Below are positions 53,835 to 63,069 of a stretch of 64,000 bases of DNA, in pieces. The stretch spans positions 163 through 64,162 of the forward strand of contig CAYYKI010000002.1 of assembly GCA_964440975.1 (NCBI GenBank), read 5' to 3'. The position numbers and the translations under genes were made by a program. The DNA is from an uncultured Candidatus Saccharibacteria bacterium (GTDB lineage Bacteria > Patescibacteriota > Saccharimonadia > Saccharimonadales > CAZNVG01). The notes under the pieces are model-generated. The model did not search any database. It was not told the origin of the DNA and saw only the letters and a list, made by a program, of their open reading frames with translations. How positions within the stretch are numbered: the first letter of the stretch is position 1; every line of letters begins with the position of its first letter.

Positions 53835-54877
53835 AGAGCCCTCCCATCTTCACGACTTATTAGTCCTGAAAACAATCGAGGGTTTGCCAGCATTGCTGCA
53901 GCCCCATCAACCACGTTGGTGAGTGGATTGGGGGGAACACGAATAGGAAGCTTAAGTTCTTCTGCCAGCAGTAAATCAAACCCCTTCAACTGGGCGCCCC
54001 CGCCAGTCAAAATAATCCCCTCCTGAGCTATTGAGCGCATAAGGTCTGCTGAAGTCCCTTCAAGGATAACCCTTACCGCATCAACAATTGGACGCAGCTG
54101 CTTTATAAGCTGGTCACGAAGCTGGCTAGCAGATATTTTCGCCGTCTTTGGCAATCCACTGAGCGCATCCTTGCCTTTTGCTACAAAAACCGGTGGGTTT
54201 ATACTCGCATGTACGCTCGCAACTGAATGTTTTATAGATCGAGCAGTAGGCTTGCCAACGAGTAGCGCCTGAGAATCACGTAAGGACTGCCGAATTACTT
54301 CGCTTAATTCGTCCCCGGCAATACGCAACGAAGTGGTCGTGACTGCCCCGCCAAATGAAACCACTGCAATATCTGTAGTTCCTCCACCAACATCAACCAC
54401 AAGACAAACTTTGTTCTTCCATATCTGCACACCTGCACCTATCGCGGCAGCTACTGGCTCCTCAACCGTGTAAATAAATCTCGCATTGGTTGCACGAGCC
54501 GCCTGTCGTACGGCCCTATACTCTACGTCTGTAATACTTGGCGGCAGCCCAATAATCATTCGAGGCCGCGAAACTAACACCCTATGCTGCGTATGGATCG
54601 TATGTACATACTGTTTTAGCATCGCTTCAGTAGCTTCGAAGTTCGCAATTACCCCATCGACCAAGGGGCGTTTAATGCTAATTTCCGAGCCTGTTCTTCC
54701 ATCCATCATCTCTGCAACCTTTCCAATACCTACAACCTCACCGTCAGGTTTAACCGCTACAAGCGATGGCTCATCAATAAGAATTCCTTTGCTGCCCACA
54801 CTCATTAAAGTGTTTGCAGTACCAAGGTCGATGGCAATATCGTGACTAACTTTTTCACGCAGATGGTTTCTTGGCAT
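53831..54877 (-). CDS. mreB: Rod shape-determining actin homologue MreB
   Basis: 348 aa with motifs IAIDLGTANT and VVDVGGGTTDIAV and the actin-fold phosphate/adenosine motifs. Confidence 0.95.
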   Translation of the reverse strand: MPRNHLREKVSHDIAIDLGTANTLMSVGSKGILIDEPSLVAVKPDGEVVGIGKVAEMMDGRTGSEISIKRPLVDGVIANFEATEAMLKQYVHTIHTQHRVLVSRPRMIIGLPPSITDVEYRAVRQAARATNARFIYTVEEPVAAAIGAGVQIWKNKVCLVVDVGGGTTDIAVVSFGGAVTTTSLRIAGDELSEVIRQSLRDSQALLVGKPTARSIKHSVASVHASINPPVFVAKGKDALSGLPKTAKISASQLRDQLIKQLRPIVDAVRVILEGTSADLMRSIAQEGIILTGGGAQLKGFDLLLAEELKLPIRVPPNPLTNVVDGAAAMLANPRLFSGLISREDGRAL

Positions 54878-54925
54878 GTACCCTATATTGTACTACTTGT
54901 AGCTACCGAATAGTTTGCTGTTTGC

Positions 54926-56356
54926 CTAGTACGACTGTGCGAACAGCCAGACATCTTTTGCAGGCTTTCCAGTATAAAAGTCGACAGCACCCTCCGACGC
55001 AACTTCGTCTAATAATCGACATCGACTTGAAGCTTTGGTCTCTGCTTTGATCTTAGCTTCAATCTGCGGGTCATCATTCCATGCTACCTTTATAAATCCT
55101 TTATGCTCTTTCAAAAGATTTTTAAATTCTGTATAGGTGCTAGCATCTCTAGTTTGTTCTGTTTTCCATTTTGATGATTTTGCAAGCATGTCTTTTTGGA
55201 CAGTAACCAGTAATTCGGTTATGTACGTACTCACCTCCGCATAACCCTTCACCTGTTCTTCACCAGTATCACGTCGTTTGATTGTCGCCTGTTCTGTTTC
55301 AAGCTCACGCGTACCTAGCTTGATTGTAATTGGCACGCCTTTTACGTCCCATTTATTTAGCCTAAATCCAAAGCTCTCATCATCTCGTTTATCCGTTGCT
55401 ACGCGAATACCAGCAGCAAGCAATGTTTCATGTAGCTTATCGGCATAGGCCACAATATGTTCGTCATCGACACGAACCGGCACAATTACGACTTGGGTAG
55501 GCGCTAACATCGGCGGCAAAACGAGACCGTTATCGTCGCCGTGCGCGAGTATCAGACCGCCGATCGATCGTGTTGAAAAACCCCAGCTTGTCTGCCAAAC
55601 AAACGAGTCCTTACCTTCTTTATCCTGAAAAGTAACATCAAATACTTTTGAGAAGTTCTGGCCGAGATCGTGTGAAGTACAGGCCTGCAGTGCCTTGCCA
55701 CTGGGCATAAGTGATTCGAAAGTCAACGTATTATCAGCTCCCGCAAAACGCTCTGCAGTAGATTTCTCTCCTATGTAGCCGTCTATCGCAAAATAATCTC
55801 GGTAGATTTTAGCATACATGTCCATTGCCCAATGCTGTGTTTCTTTGGCTTCTTCATGCGTAGCGTGCGCGGTATGACCCTCTTGCCACAAAAACTCACT
55901 GGTACGCAAAAATGGAGCGGTTCTCATCTCCCATCTAACAACACTATTCCATTGATTAATTTTTAATGGTAGGTCGCGCCATGATTGTATCCATTTAGCG
56001 TAAGAATTGTACATGATTGTCTCACTCGTAGGCCTCACTACAACAGGCTCTTCCAACTTTTGACCGCCGCCGTGAGTAACGACGGCTAGCTCAGGAGCAA
56101 AGCCTTCCACATGACTCTTCTCTTTTTCTAGGAATGACATTGGAATAAGCAGTGGGAAGTAAGCATTATCCACGCCATGTGCCTTTATCATTGGATCCAT
56201 TGCAGCTTGCGTACGCTCCCACAATGCATATCCGTATGGCTTAAATATTACGGTGCCTTTTACGGGGCCGTAATCGGCTAAATCTGCCAACCGCACAACT
56301 GCCGTATACCACTCGGAAATATTTTCGGATTTTTTTGGAAGTAAGTCTTTAGCCAT
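54926..56356 (-). CDS. proS: Proline--tRNA ligase (archaeal/eukaryote-like type)
   Basis: 476 aa with a class II core and no bacterial INS editing insertion. It has a C-terminal extension ending in Tyr (…FAQSY). Confidence 0.9.
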   Translation of the reverse strand: MAKDLLPKKSENISEWYTAVVRLADLADYGPVKGTVIFKPYGYALWERTQAAMDPMIKAHGVDNAYFPLLIPMSFLEKEKSHVEGFAPELAVVTHGGGQKLEEPVVVRPTSETIMYNSYAKWIQSWRDLPLKINQWNSVVRWEMRTAPFLRTSEFLWQEGHTAHATHEEAKETQHWAMDMYAKIYRDYFAIDGYIGEKSTAERFAGADNTLTFESLMPSGKALQACTSHDLGQNFSKVFDVTFQDKEGKDSFVWQTSWGFSTRSIGGLILAHGDDNGLVLPPMLAPTQVVIVPVRVDDEHIVAYADKLHETLLAAGIRVATDKRDDESFGFRLNKWDVKGVPITIKLGTRELETEQATIKRRDTGEEQVKGYAEVSTYITELLVTVQKDMLAKSSKWKTEQTRDASTYTEFKNLLKEHKGFIKVAWNDDPQIEAKIKAETKASSRCRLLDEVASEGAVDFYTGKPAKDVWLFAQSY

Positions 56357-56369
56357 AATTCACCTTATT

Positions 56370-57167
56370 TTACCTCATTTGTGGCACAAAGTGGCTGCCA
56401 ATTTGTAAGTTAATTGCACGAGCAATAGCGTTTGGTTCTCTACTGTTGGCAATATACATAGGGTGCCCTGCCTGCACCATTATCCTTGCAGCGATTAGTT
56501 TTGTCCTTGCCCCTCCTGTGCCGTGTTGCGATTGCGAACCCACACCAAACGACTCTACGGTCTTTATGTTTTCAATTCTTCTAACTACCTTGCTAGCTGG
56601 GTCATCTACCATGCCATCGAGGTAGCCATCGACATCTGTAAGATTCACTAGATGCACCACCTGCCAGATTCGTAAAGCAGCGAGTCCACTAGCAACCAAT
56701 GCCGATATAACGTCGTTGTCACCAACCTTAATTTCGTCGTCAGCTAGCGCATCGTTCTCGTTAATGATCGGGATATATCCCTCTTGTATTGTCCGGGCTA
56801 GTTTCTTATAAAACGACTGCGATTCTTGACTATCGTTAGTTAGTTCGTGATGTGTCACTAGATGTTGAGAAACAATAGCCTTTCTATTAAACGCGCTTCT
56901 CCAGTACGCCATTTTTATCGGTTCGCCAATTGCAGCAAGCATACTCAAATAATCTAAGTCGTCAGCAAGCTGCTGACGAGAAATGCCAGCCTCGACCGCA
57001 CCTGCCGAAATTGCAGCAGAACTTATAAAAGCGATGTGATACCTATTAGCTCGCAGTGCGTTGGCCTGTCGGGCAAAACTATCAAAGCGCTCTTGACTAA
57101 GCACGCCTGTCTCGTCAATTAAACTTGTTGTACCTAGTTTTACTACTATTAACTCTTTGCATTTCAT
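56370..57167 (-). CDS. proB: Amino-acid kinase family protein, glutamate 5-kinase-like (no PUA domain)
   Basis: 265 aa with motifs VVKLGTTSL, ISSAAISAG, IPIINENDAL and GDNDVISALVA. Confidence 0.7.
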   Translation of the reverse strand: MKCKELIVVKLGTTSLIDETGVLSQERFDSFARQANALRANRYHIAFISSAAISAGAVEAGISRQQLADDLDYLSMLAAIGEPIKMAYWRSAFNRKAIVSQHLVTHHELTNDSQESQSFYKKLARTIQEGYIPIINENDALADDEIKVGDNDVISALVASGLAALRIWQVVHLVNLTDVDGYLDGMVDDPASKVVRRIENIKTVESFGVGSQSQHGTGGARTKLIAARIMVQAGHPMYIANSREPNAIARAINLQIGSHFVPQMR

Positions 57168-57188
57168 TTCTTTATCTCCTAGTAAATT

Positions 57189-57215
57189 AAAAACCCCTCG
57201 ACGTGGGTAGAGGGG
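57189..57215 (-). terminator. Rho-independent terminator after the CPBP protease gene
   Basis: On the minus strand, CCCCTC-(10 nt)-GAGGGG is followed by TTTTT. Confidence 0.6.
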
Positions 57216-57334
57216 CGGTTTTCGCGCAATGCTAGAAACAACCCCTATTGGGGCGGTCGTGGCAAAACAGCAGAAAAGTAGTAACTTAACATGCTATCTG
57301 TTATATCACTACTGTTAGCTAACGACAATATGCG

Positions 57335-58090
57335 TTAGAAGCGACCGCTAAATATCAGAAAGAACGCAAACGAGTTCTTTATCGCATGCAGAAAAATACT
57401 GGGAACCAAGGAGTTAGTGGTTTCGAGTAGGAATATCAAATACATTGAAAGTATAAACGTATCAATACCAACGTTAAGTTGTCCGTGCGCTATTGCAAAA
57501 ACAAGTGAAGCCAGCAACGCAGCACCCCACTTCCCCAATCTATTTTTCAAACCTCGGTATAGAAACCCTCTAAAGATCACCTCCTCAATTATAGGAGTGA
57601 TAACCACTAGAGCTACGAAGGCCAGAGCAATTTCGGGGCTAGAAGCTGCAGCCTTGAAACTATTTTGCTGCTCCTGGTTTAAATTTATTGCTGGAATGAT
57701 GTGCTGAACAATCGTGAACGTTAGGGTTACCGTGGCAAGATAGGCGAAAAAAATTGGTATCGACAGCAGCGCACTGAAACGTTTCTTTACATTACCAAAC
57801 AACGCCCGAAGCTTAACCTTTCGTTTTGATAAAAACCACGTGAGCATTGCAAGTGTCAACAATTCGATACATGTATCGAGTAAAAAGTAGTGATTTATGT
57901 TCTTGGAATCGAAGTCACCACCAATTCCTTTTATCAGCCCTAGTCCGAGTCCCGCTAAAAGCTGCGGAATAAAGAACAATAGGACGGCAATGCCAAAACT
58001 TTCCAGTGCTCCATAACCAGGCAGCCTTGCTTGTGACACAGCACCATCAACATTACCGGCAACATGAGGCTTAACGTCTGACATCAACAA
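57335..58090 (-). CDS. CPBP family intramembrane glutamic endopeptidase (CAAX protease-like)
   Basis: 251 aa and polytopic, with motifs EEVIFRGFLY, FAIAHG and LHAIKNS. Confidence 0.85.
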   Translation of the reverse strand: MLMSDVKPHVAGNVDGAVSQARLPGYGALESFGIAVLLFFIPQLLAGLGLGLIKGIGGDFDSKNINHYFLLDTCIELLTLAMLTWFLSKRKVKLRALFGNVKKRFSALLSIPIFFAYLATVTLTFTIVQHIIPAINLNQEQQNSFKAAASSPEIALAFVALVVITPIIEEVIFRGFLYRGLKNRLGKWGAALLASLVFAIAHGQLNVGIDTFILSMYLIFLLETTNSLVPSIFLHAIKNSFAFFLIFSGRF

Positions 58091-59171
58091 TTGTAATTAA
58101 AACGAATAGTGCAAGTAGAAAGGCAAAGCTAGAACCATATATTATCTTCTCTGCCTTTGGCGTTAATCGTTTACCCAACAGTCGGTATATCAATGTGGTG
58201 TAGAGCTTACCACCGTCAAGTGCAGGAATTGGCAACAAATTCATTACTGCAAGGACCAGAGAGATAAATGCAATAAGCCAAAGTATGACCGCTACGCCGA
58301 GCGTGGAGTTAGTTTTTAGCAACCGTACAATACCCACTGGACCAGTTACTTTATCGCCAGCTGTCTTAAAGTCCGCCTTGCCAACATCACGTATCAAAGA
58401 GCCTATGCCTTGTACGTTCAAAACAGCAAGTTGCTTCATTAAGCCCAAGCCTACTATAGGGGCTGACCAGGTTGATCGAACGAGCTGCACCCCTTGTTCT
58501 GCAGATTCCGCTGCGACCCCCAAGTAACCATTGGTGCTTCCTAGTGGATTCAAAACAACCTGTACGGTAGCTTCGGAGCCTCCTCGTTTATACGTCAGCT
58601 CAACCTGCTTCCCGGCGTTCTCTTTCGATCTTGTCACAATTTGTTCAGGGGAGGTAACGACCTCTCCGTTGAAGGCTACTATTTCATCTCCAGCTGTTAT
58701 TCCAGCTTTTTCCGCAGGCGAATCTTTACGAACCTCACCAACCGTTACAATTCCCTTGTTTTGATAATCTTTTATAACTTTGGCGTCTCTTTTTATTTGA
58801 AATTGATCTGGTATTACTTGCGGCATACCAATTAGAGCTATACCCGTAAACAAAACAAATGCGGTGAGCAAGTTCATCGCAACACCAGCTAACATGATTT
58901 TTGTCTTCACGGCTAAGCTGGCTGACCCGTAACTGCGAGGACGCTTATCGGTATCGCTTTCACCTTTTAGCTGCACAAAACCGCCCAAAGGCAACAAGTT
59001 GAGCGAATAAACGGTGTTATCGTTCTTTCGTTTAAACGTGAGTAAGCGCGGGGGGAAGCCTATTCCAAATTCTTCAACATCTACTCCGTTACGTTTGGCA
59101 ACGATATAATGGCCAAATTCGTGTACGACTACGAGCAATATGAATAGGAGTATTGCGATTGCGAATAACAT
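58071..59171 (-). CDS. rseP: Site-2 protease RseP (M50 family) with PDZ domain
   Basis: 366 aa with HEFGHYIVAK, a PDZ domain (SPAEKAGITAGDEIVAFNG) and NLLPIPALDGG. Confidence 0.9.
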   Translation of the reverse strand: MLFAIAILLFILLVVVHEFGHYIVAKRNGVDVEEFGIGFPPRLLTFKRKNDNTVYSLNLLPLGGFVQLKGESDTDKRPRSYGSASLAVKTKIMLAGVAMNLLTAFVLFTGIALIGMPQVIPDQFQIKRDAKVIKDYQNKGIVTVGEVRKDSPAEKAGITAGDEIVAFNGEVVTSPEQIVTRSKENAGKQVELTYKRGGSEATVQVVLNPLGSTNGYLGVAAESAEQGVQLVRSTWSAPIVGLGLMKQLAVLNVQGIGSLIRDVGKADFKTAGDKVTGPVGIVRLLKTNSTLGVAVILWLIAFISLVLAVMNLLPIPALDGGKLYTTLIYRLLGKRLTPKAEKIIYGSSFAFLLALFVLITIVDVRR

Positions 59172-59211
59172 GCTTATTTATTCTACATGTCGGAGTAGCA
59201 AGCGGGCAATG

Positions 59212-60219
59212 TTAGATACTGTTTTCATTTCTGAACAGCTTCGACAAAGATCGCCCACTTGCTATACGTACCAGTGCGTCACCCAAAATTGGTGCCATAC
59301 TGATAACCTCCAATTTTGTTCCAAGCGCCTCGATTGCCCTGGTCTGTGGGGCCGTGTCGGTGACAACTATTGCGTCAAGCGATCTGTCTGGAGCAAGCCT
59401 CTCAAGCGCAGGGCCACTAAAAAATCCGTGCGACGCGAGTGCGATGACTTTTTTAGCACCGCGGGATTTAAGCATCTGTGCAGCACTTATGAGTGTCCCG
59501 GCAGTGTCGATCATATCGTCATATATCACACATGTCTGGCCCGTTACGTCACGGGTAATTTCACGACGTTTTTTGAGTTTTCCGTCTTTAGCACGTGACT
59601 TCGTCATAATAAAGTCATCTAAATCTAGGTTATCGGCTAACCTTTCTGAAGCCTTACCCCTTCCGGCGTCTGGCGACACAATCACGTACTCATCATCGGG
59701 ATGTAGCCTTATGACAGTTTTCATATACTTCTCAAACGCCAAAGAAGCCGTCAAATGATCATACGGCTCGTTAACAAAACCCTGCTGTTGCTGAGTATGC
59801 ACATCTAGAGAGAGTAATCGGTGAGCCCCAGCCTCCGTTAGCATTCGGGCCACTCGTGCTGCGGTTATCGGCTCACGAGAAGTGGCCTTGCGATCTTGGC
59901 GCATATATCCCATGACGGGAGCAACTGCTGTAATTTCTCTTGCTGATGCTCGACGAGCAGCGTCGATCATAATAATGTGTTCCATGATGGCGTCATTCGG
60001 TGAAAACTCACCCGACCCTACATGCGGCTGAATTATAAAGACATCCTTTTTTCGAATATTCTTGTCGTACCGCACATATAGTTCACCGTTGGCGTGCGTA
60101 TGAAGATCAACGGCACCAAGTTCAATTCCCATTTCTTCCGCGGTCGCCTCGGCAAGTTCTGGGTGAACCGAGCCACTAAAAACTCGAACGTCTCGATGAA
60201 ATCTTTCTGGCAGCTCCAT
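59212..60219 (-). CDS. prs: Ribose-phosphate pyrophosphokinase
   Basis: 335 aa with the PRPP-binding loop VIYDDMIDTAGT and GYMRQDRK. Confidence 0.95.
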   Translation of the reverse strand: MELPERFHRDVRVFSGSVHPELAEATAEEMGIELGAVDLHTHANGELYVRYDKNIRKKDVFIIQPHVGSGEFSPNDAIMEHIIMIDAARRASAREITAVAPVMGYMRQDRKATSREPITAARVARMLTEAGAHRLLSLDVHTQQQQGFVNEPYDHLTASLAFEKYMKTVIRLHPDDEYVIVSPDAGRGKASERLADNLDLDDFIMTKSRAKDGKLKKRREITRDVTGQTCVIYDDMIDTAGTLISAAQMLKSRGAKKVIALASHGFFSGPALERLAPDRSLDAIVVTDTAPQTRAIEALGTKLEVISMAPILGDALVRIASGRSLSKLFRNENSI

Positions 60220-60220
60220 A

Positions 60221-60778
60221 TTAGACTGCCATTATTTCTTGCTCTTTTTCTCGAGCAAATGCCTCCACCTTGGCCCTTACATTATTCATTGCTGCTTCGA
60301 TGCTCTTTTCAATACTCGCTACATCATCCCTTGTTATTTGTTTTTCAGACTCCATTTGTTTTGCATCTTTTAATGCGTTGTGGCGCACATTACGAAGAGC
60401 AATCTGGCATTCTTCAGCCTTTTCGTGCAATTGCTTAACGATTTGTTGGCGTCGCTCAGTAGTCAGTGCGGGAATAGGGACACGCACCACCCGTCCGTCA
60501 TCAGCAGGATTTAATCCTAGTGATTGATCATTTCTGATTGCATCTGCAATAGCCTGAAGATTATTTGGATCAAATGGCGTTACCTGCAACAGCTGCGCTT
60601 CTACAGCGTTAACGTTTGCGGCTTGATTAAGCGGTATAAGCTGTCCATATGCCTCGACCTTTACATCATCGAGCATGCTCGGCTGAGCACGGCCGGTTTG
60701 AATCTTTCTAGCAGCTCCTTCAAAATGCTCAAGCGCTTCATTGAATCGTTTTTCTGCGTTCTTTGCTATGTCTTCCAC
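60221..60778 (-). CDS. frr: Ribosome recycling factor
   Basis: 185 aa: RTGRAQPSMLDDVKVEAYG...IPALTTERRQQIVKQ. Confidence 0.95.
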   Translation of the reverse strand: MEDIAKNAEKRFNEALEHFEGAARKIQTGRAQPSMLDDVKVEAYGQLIPLNQAANVNAVEAQLLQVTPFDPNNLQAIADAIRNDQSLGLNPADDGRVVRVPIPALTTERRQQIVKQLHEKAEECQIALRNVRHNALKDAKQMESEKQITRDDVASIEKSIEAAMNNVRAKVEAFAREKEQEIMAV

Positions 60779-60847
60779 GCATGCTCCTTATTTATCTACA
60801 CAAATGATAGTTTGCCGAGGCCGCCTTTTCAACTCAGCGTGGTTTGA

Positions 60848-61447
60848 CTACTCGCTTACTTCACCCACAGCCATTCGGCTAAAGCGTCGTACGACAATAT
60901 TTTCACCTAGTTTTGCATTAGCTTCTTTTACCAACTGGCCAACGGATTGATCTGGGTTCTTTATGAATGGTTGCTCAAGCAGGCACCGCTCAGCAAAATG
61001 CTTTTTGAGCATACCCGCAACAATCTGCTCGAGCATGTTTTCTGGCTTTCCTTCTGCCTTAGCCTTGTCCGTAAATTCTGCTTTAGCCTGCACCTGTACC
61101 TCTTCGGGTATGCTATCCACCGATACAAACTCAGGTGCGCTGGCGGCTATGTGCATTGCAATATCCTTAACAAGCTCGGTAAAGATCTCGTTACGAGCAA
61201 CAAAGTCGGTTTCGCAATTTACTTCCACCAACACACCAATGCGATTGTCATGGTTATATGTACCCACAACACCTGCGCGAGCCTCTCGTTCGCCTCGTTT
61301 GTCGGCTTTTGTCATGCCTTTTTTACGCATTTCGTCGAGCGCCTTATCAAAATCTCCGTCGGTTGCTTCAAGCGCCTGCTTGGCGTCCGTTAAACCAACA
61401 CCAGTTAGGTCACGTAATCTTTTTACTTCATCTAGTGAAACTGCCAT
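60848..61447 (-). CDS. tsf: Elongation factor Ts (short form)
   Basis: It has a UBA-like N-terminus (VKRLRDLTGVGLTDAKQALEATDGDFDKALDEMRKKG). I prefer the start at 61447 (MAVSL), which is preceded by AAAGGAG. The longer ORF-track start lacks support. Confidence 0.9.
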   Translation of the reverse strand: MAVSLDEVKRLRDLTGVGLTDAKQALEATDGDFDKALDEMRKKGMTKADKRGEREARAGVVGTYNHDNRIGVLVEVNCETDFVARNEIFTELVKDIAMHIAASAPEFVSVDSIPEEVQVQAKAEFTDKAKAEGKPENMLEQIVAGMLKKHFAERCLLEQPFIKNPDQSVGQLVKEANAKLGENIVVRRFSRMAVGEVSE

Positions 61448-61458
61448 ATGAACTCCTT

Positions 61459-61692
61459 TTATATTAACTTTCTCACTACCTTGGCTATTCTTTGATCTTC
61501 TCCTATAGACTGCTCGTCTAATAGCAAAATTGGCGATTGCCCTGTGCGCTGCTCCCACGCACTCTTGGCCACCATTGCACCAAACAAGCTCGCATATACA
61601 TCAGGTAGACCAAGCTCACGTAGTGCTACTGTCTCCGCTACTGCCTCAGCAATCACTTGTTCATCTTCGTCTGGATGCAAGCGCTCACCCAC
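61459..61692 (-). CDS. Questionable 77-aa acidic ORF in the rpsB-tsf spacer
   Basis: It has a GTG start only 2 nt after a GAGG. No family is recognised. It fills the spacer almost exactly and could be non-coding leader sequence. Confidence 0.25.
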   Translation of the reverse strand: MGERLHPDEDEQVIAEAVAETVALRELGLPDVYASLFGAMVAKSAWEQRTGQSPILLLDEQSIGEDQRIAKVVRKLI

Positions 61693-61697
61693 TACCT

Positions 61698-62429
61698 CTA
61701 TCCCTTTACTTCTTCGTCCTTATCGACGATTTCTTTCTTGATTTTGCCCTTACCTGCGTCAATTGCTGCAGTAATATAGCTAGTTATAAGTGTGATACTC
61801 TTGATGGCATCATCGTTAGCTGGAATCGGATATGGTATGCCAGTCGGATTAGCGTTTGTATCAACAATTGCGATAACTGGAATGCCGAGTCGCTGTGCTT
61901 CTTTCACAGCAATATGATCCGTCAGCACATCGGCAACAAATACAGCACCAGGCAGACCACTCATAGCCTTTACGCCGCCAAATGTAAGATTAAGGCGATC
62001 GATTTCTTCCTGGAAACGCTGCACTTCAAGCTTATTGTACTTGGCTGCTAGCTCGCCAGAATCCATCTTTGCCTCGATGTCTTTGAGGTACTTGATGCGA
62101 CCATCCACCGTCTTACGGTTCGTTAACATTCCACCGAACCAACGTTCAGTCACAAACGGCTGGCCAGCATCTTCAGCAGCCTTTCTGACAATATCCTGTG
62201 CTTGACGCTTGGTACCAACAAACAGAACTTGCCGATTCTTTGCGGCAACAGACTCAACAAAACTAGTCGCAGTCTCAAGTGCTTCAACTGTCTTTGCCAA
62301 GTCAATTATATGCACCCCGCCTCGCCATGAATGAATATATGGCTTCATTTTCGGATGCCATCGGCTGGTTTTATGACCAAAATGTGCGCCGGCTTCGAGT
62401 AGCTGCTTAATATCAATATTTACTGCCAT
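61698..62429 (-). CDS. rpsB: 30S ribosomal protein S2
   Basis: The sequence starts [29 protein letters not shown] prefer the start at 62429, which is preceded by GAAGGAGGAAAAGG. Confidence 0.95.
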   Translation of the reverse strand: MAVNIDIKQLLEAGAHFGHKTSRWHPKMKPYIHSWRGGVHIIDLAKTVEALETATSFVESVAAKNRQVLFVGTKRQAQDIVRKAAEDAGQPFVTERWFGGMLTNRKTVDGRIKYLKDIEAKMDSGELAAKYNKLEVQRFQEEIDRLNLTFGGVKAMSGLPGAVFVADVLTDHIAVKEAQRLGIPVIAIVDTNANPTGIPYPIPANDDAIKSITLITSYITAAIDAGKGKIKKEIVDKDEEVKG

Positions 62430-62574
62430 GTGTCCTTTTCCTCCTTCACACGCACCGAGCCCGATTACCGGGAGGAACACGAAATGCATGTTGATTCATT
62501 TGTATTACAAACAATACTACCAGATGAGCACCCCTGTTGTAAAGACAAATGAACACAATTTTTCCTTCAGGGGT

Positions 62575-62604
62575 TTGACTCGGCGGCATCAGTTCAGGTA
62601 TAAT
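62575..62604 (+). promoter_or_regulatory. Sigma70-like promoter of rpmE
   Basis: TTGACT (62575-62580), an 18-nt spacer, then TATAAT (62599-62604). The ATG lies only 10 nt after the -10 element. Confidence 0.6.
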
Positions 62605-62613
62605 CCCCCAGTT

Positions 62614-62985
62614 ATGAAACAAGGTTTGCATCCAGACAATTATCGTCTCGTCGTATTCGAAGACACCAGTAATGGCTTTAGATTCTTGACGCGCTCTACC
62701 GCCAAAAGTGAAGAAGTCACCAAATGGGAAGATGGCAACGAATATCCTCTGATACAAGTTCATATTTCTAGCGAATCCCACCCGTTCTACACAGGTCAAG
62801 AAAAACTTGTTGACATAGAAGGTCGCGTTGATCGATTTAAGGCTAGACAAGAAGCTGCCAAAAAGCACGCTGAGGCTACCAAAAAAGCAGCAACTAAAAA
62901 ATCTGCAAAGCAAGATGAAAAAGGCGACATCGACGTTCAGAAAATAGGCGGCAAGCCGAAAATAACAAAACCCACTGAAGCTTAG
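62614..62985 (+). CDS. rpmE: 50S ribosomal protein L31 (type B, no Cys motif) with a Lys/Ala-rich C-terminal extension
   Basis: [17 protein letters not shown]...[20 protein letters not shown], followed by a basic tail of about 45 aa. The longer ORF-track start (62428) is rejected. Confidence 0.9.
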   Translation: MKQGLHPDNYRLVVFEDTSNGFRFLTRSTAKSEEVTKWEDGNEYPLIQVHISSESHPFYTGQEKLVDIEGRVDRFKARQEAAKKHAEATKKAATKKSAKQDEKGDIDVQKIGGKPKITKPTEA

Positions 62986-63000
62986 CTAAACTCAGTATTT

Positions 63001-63027
63001 AACCCCAGTATTGTCGGCTGGGGTTTT
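63001..63027 (+). terminator. Rho-independent terminator after rpmE
   Basis: AACCCCAG-(9 nt)-CTGGGGTT forms an 8-bp stem running into TTTT. Confidence 0.75.
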
Positions 63028-63069
63028 GCATATATCAAAAACAACCTACACTATGTAATAAGGAGACCC

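Noticed and set aside
61448-62985. The long N-terminal extensions offered by the ORF track for tsf (to 61558), rpsB (to 62489) and rpmE (from 62428). The same applies to the M16 peptidase, whose extension (to 43780) lies outside this coordinate span.
   Set aside because: The conserved protein N-termini begin at internal ATGs that have proper Shine-Dalgarno sequences (tsf, rpsB), a promoter placed just upstream (rpmE) or a tight junction to the preceding gene (M16). The extensions would overlap neighbouring genes or promoters.
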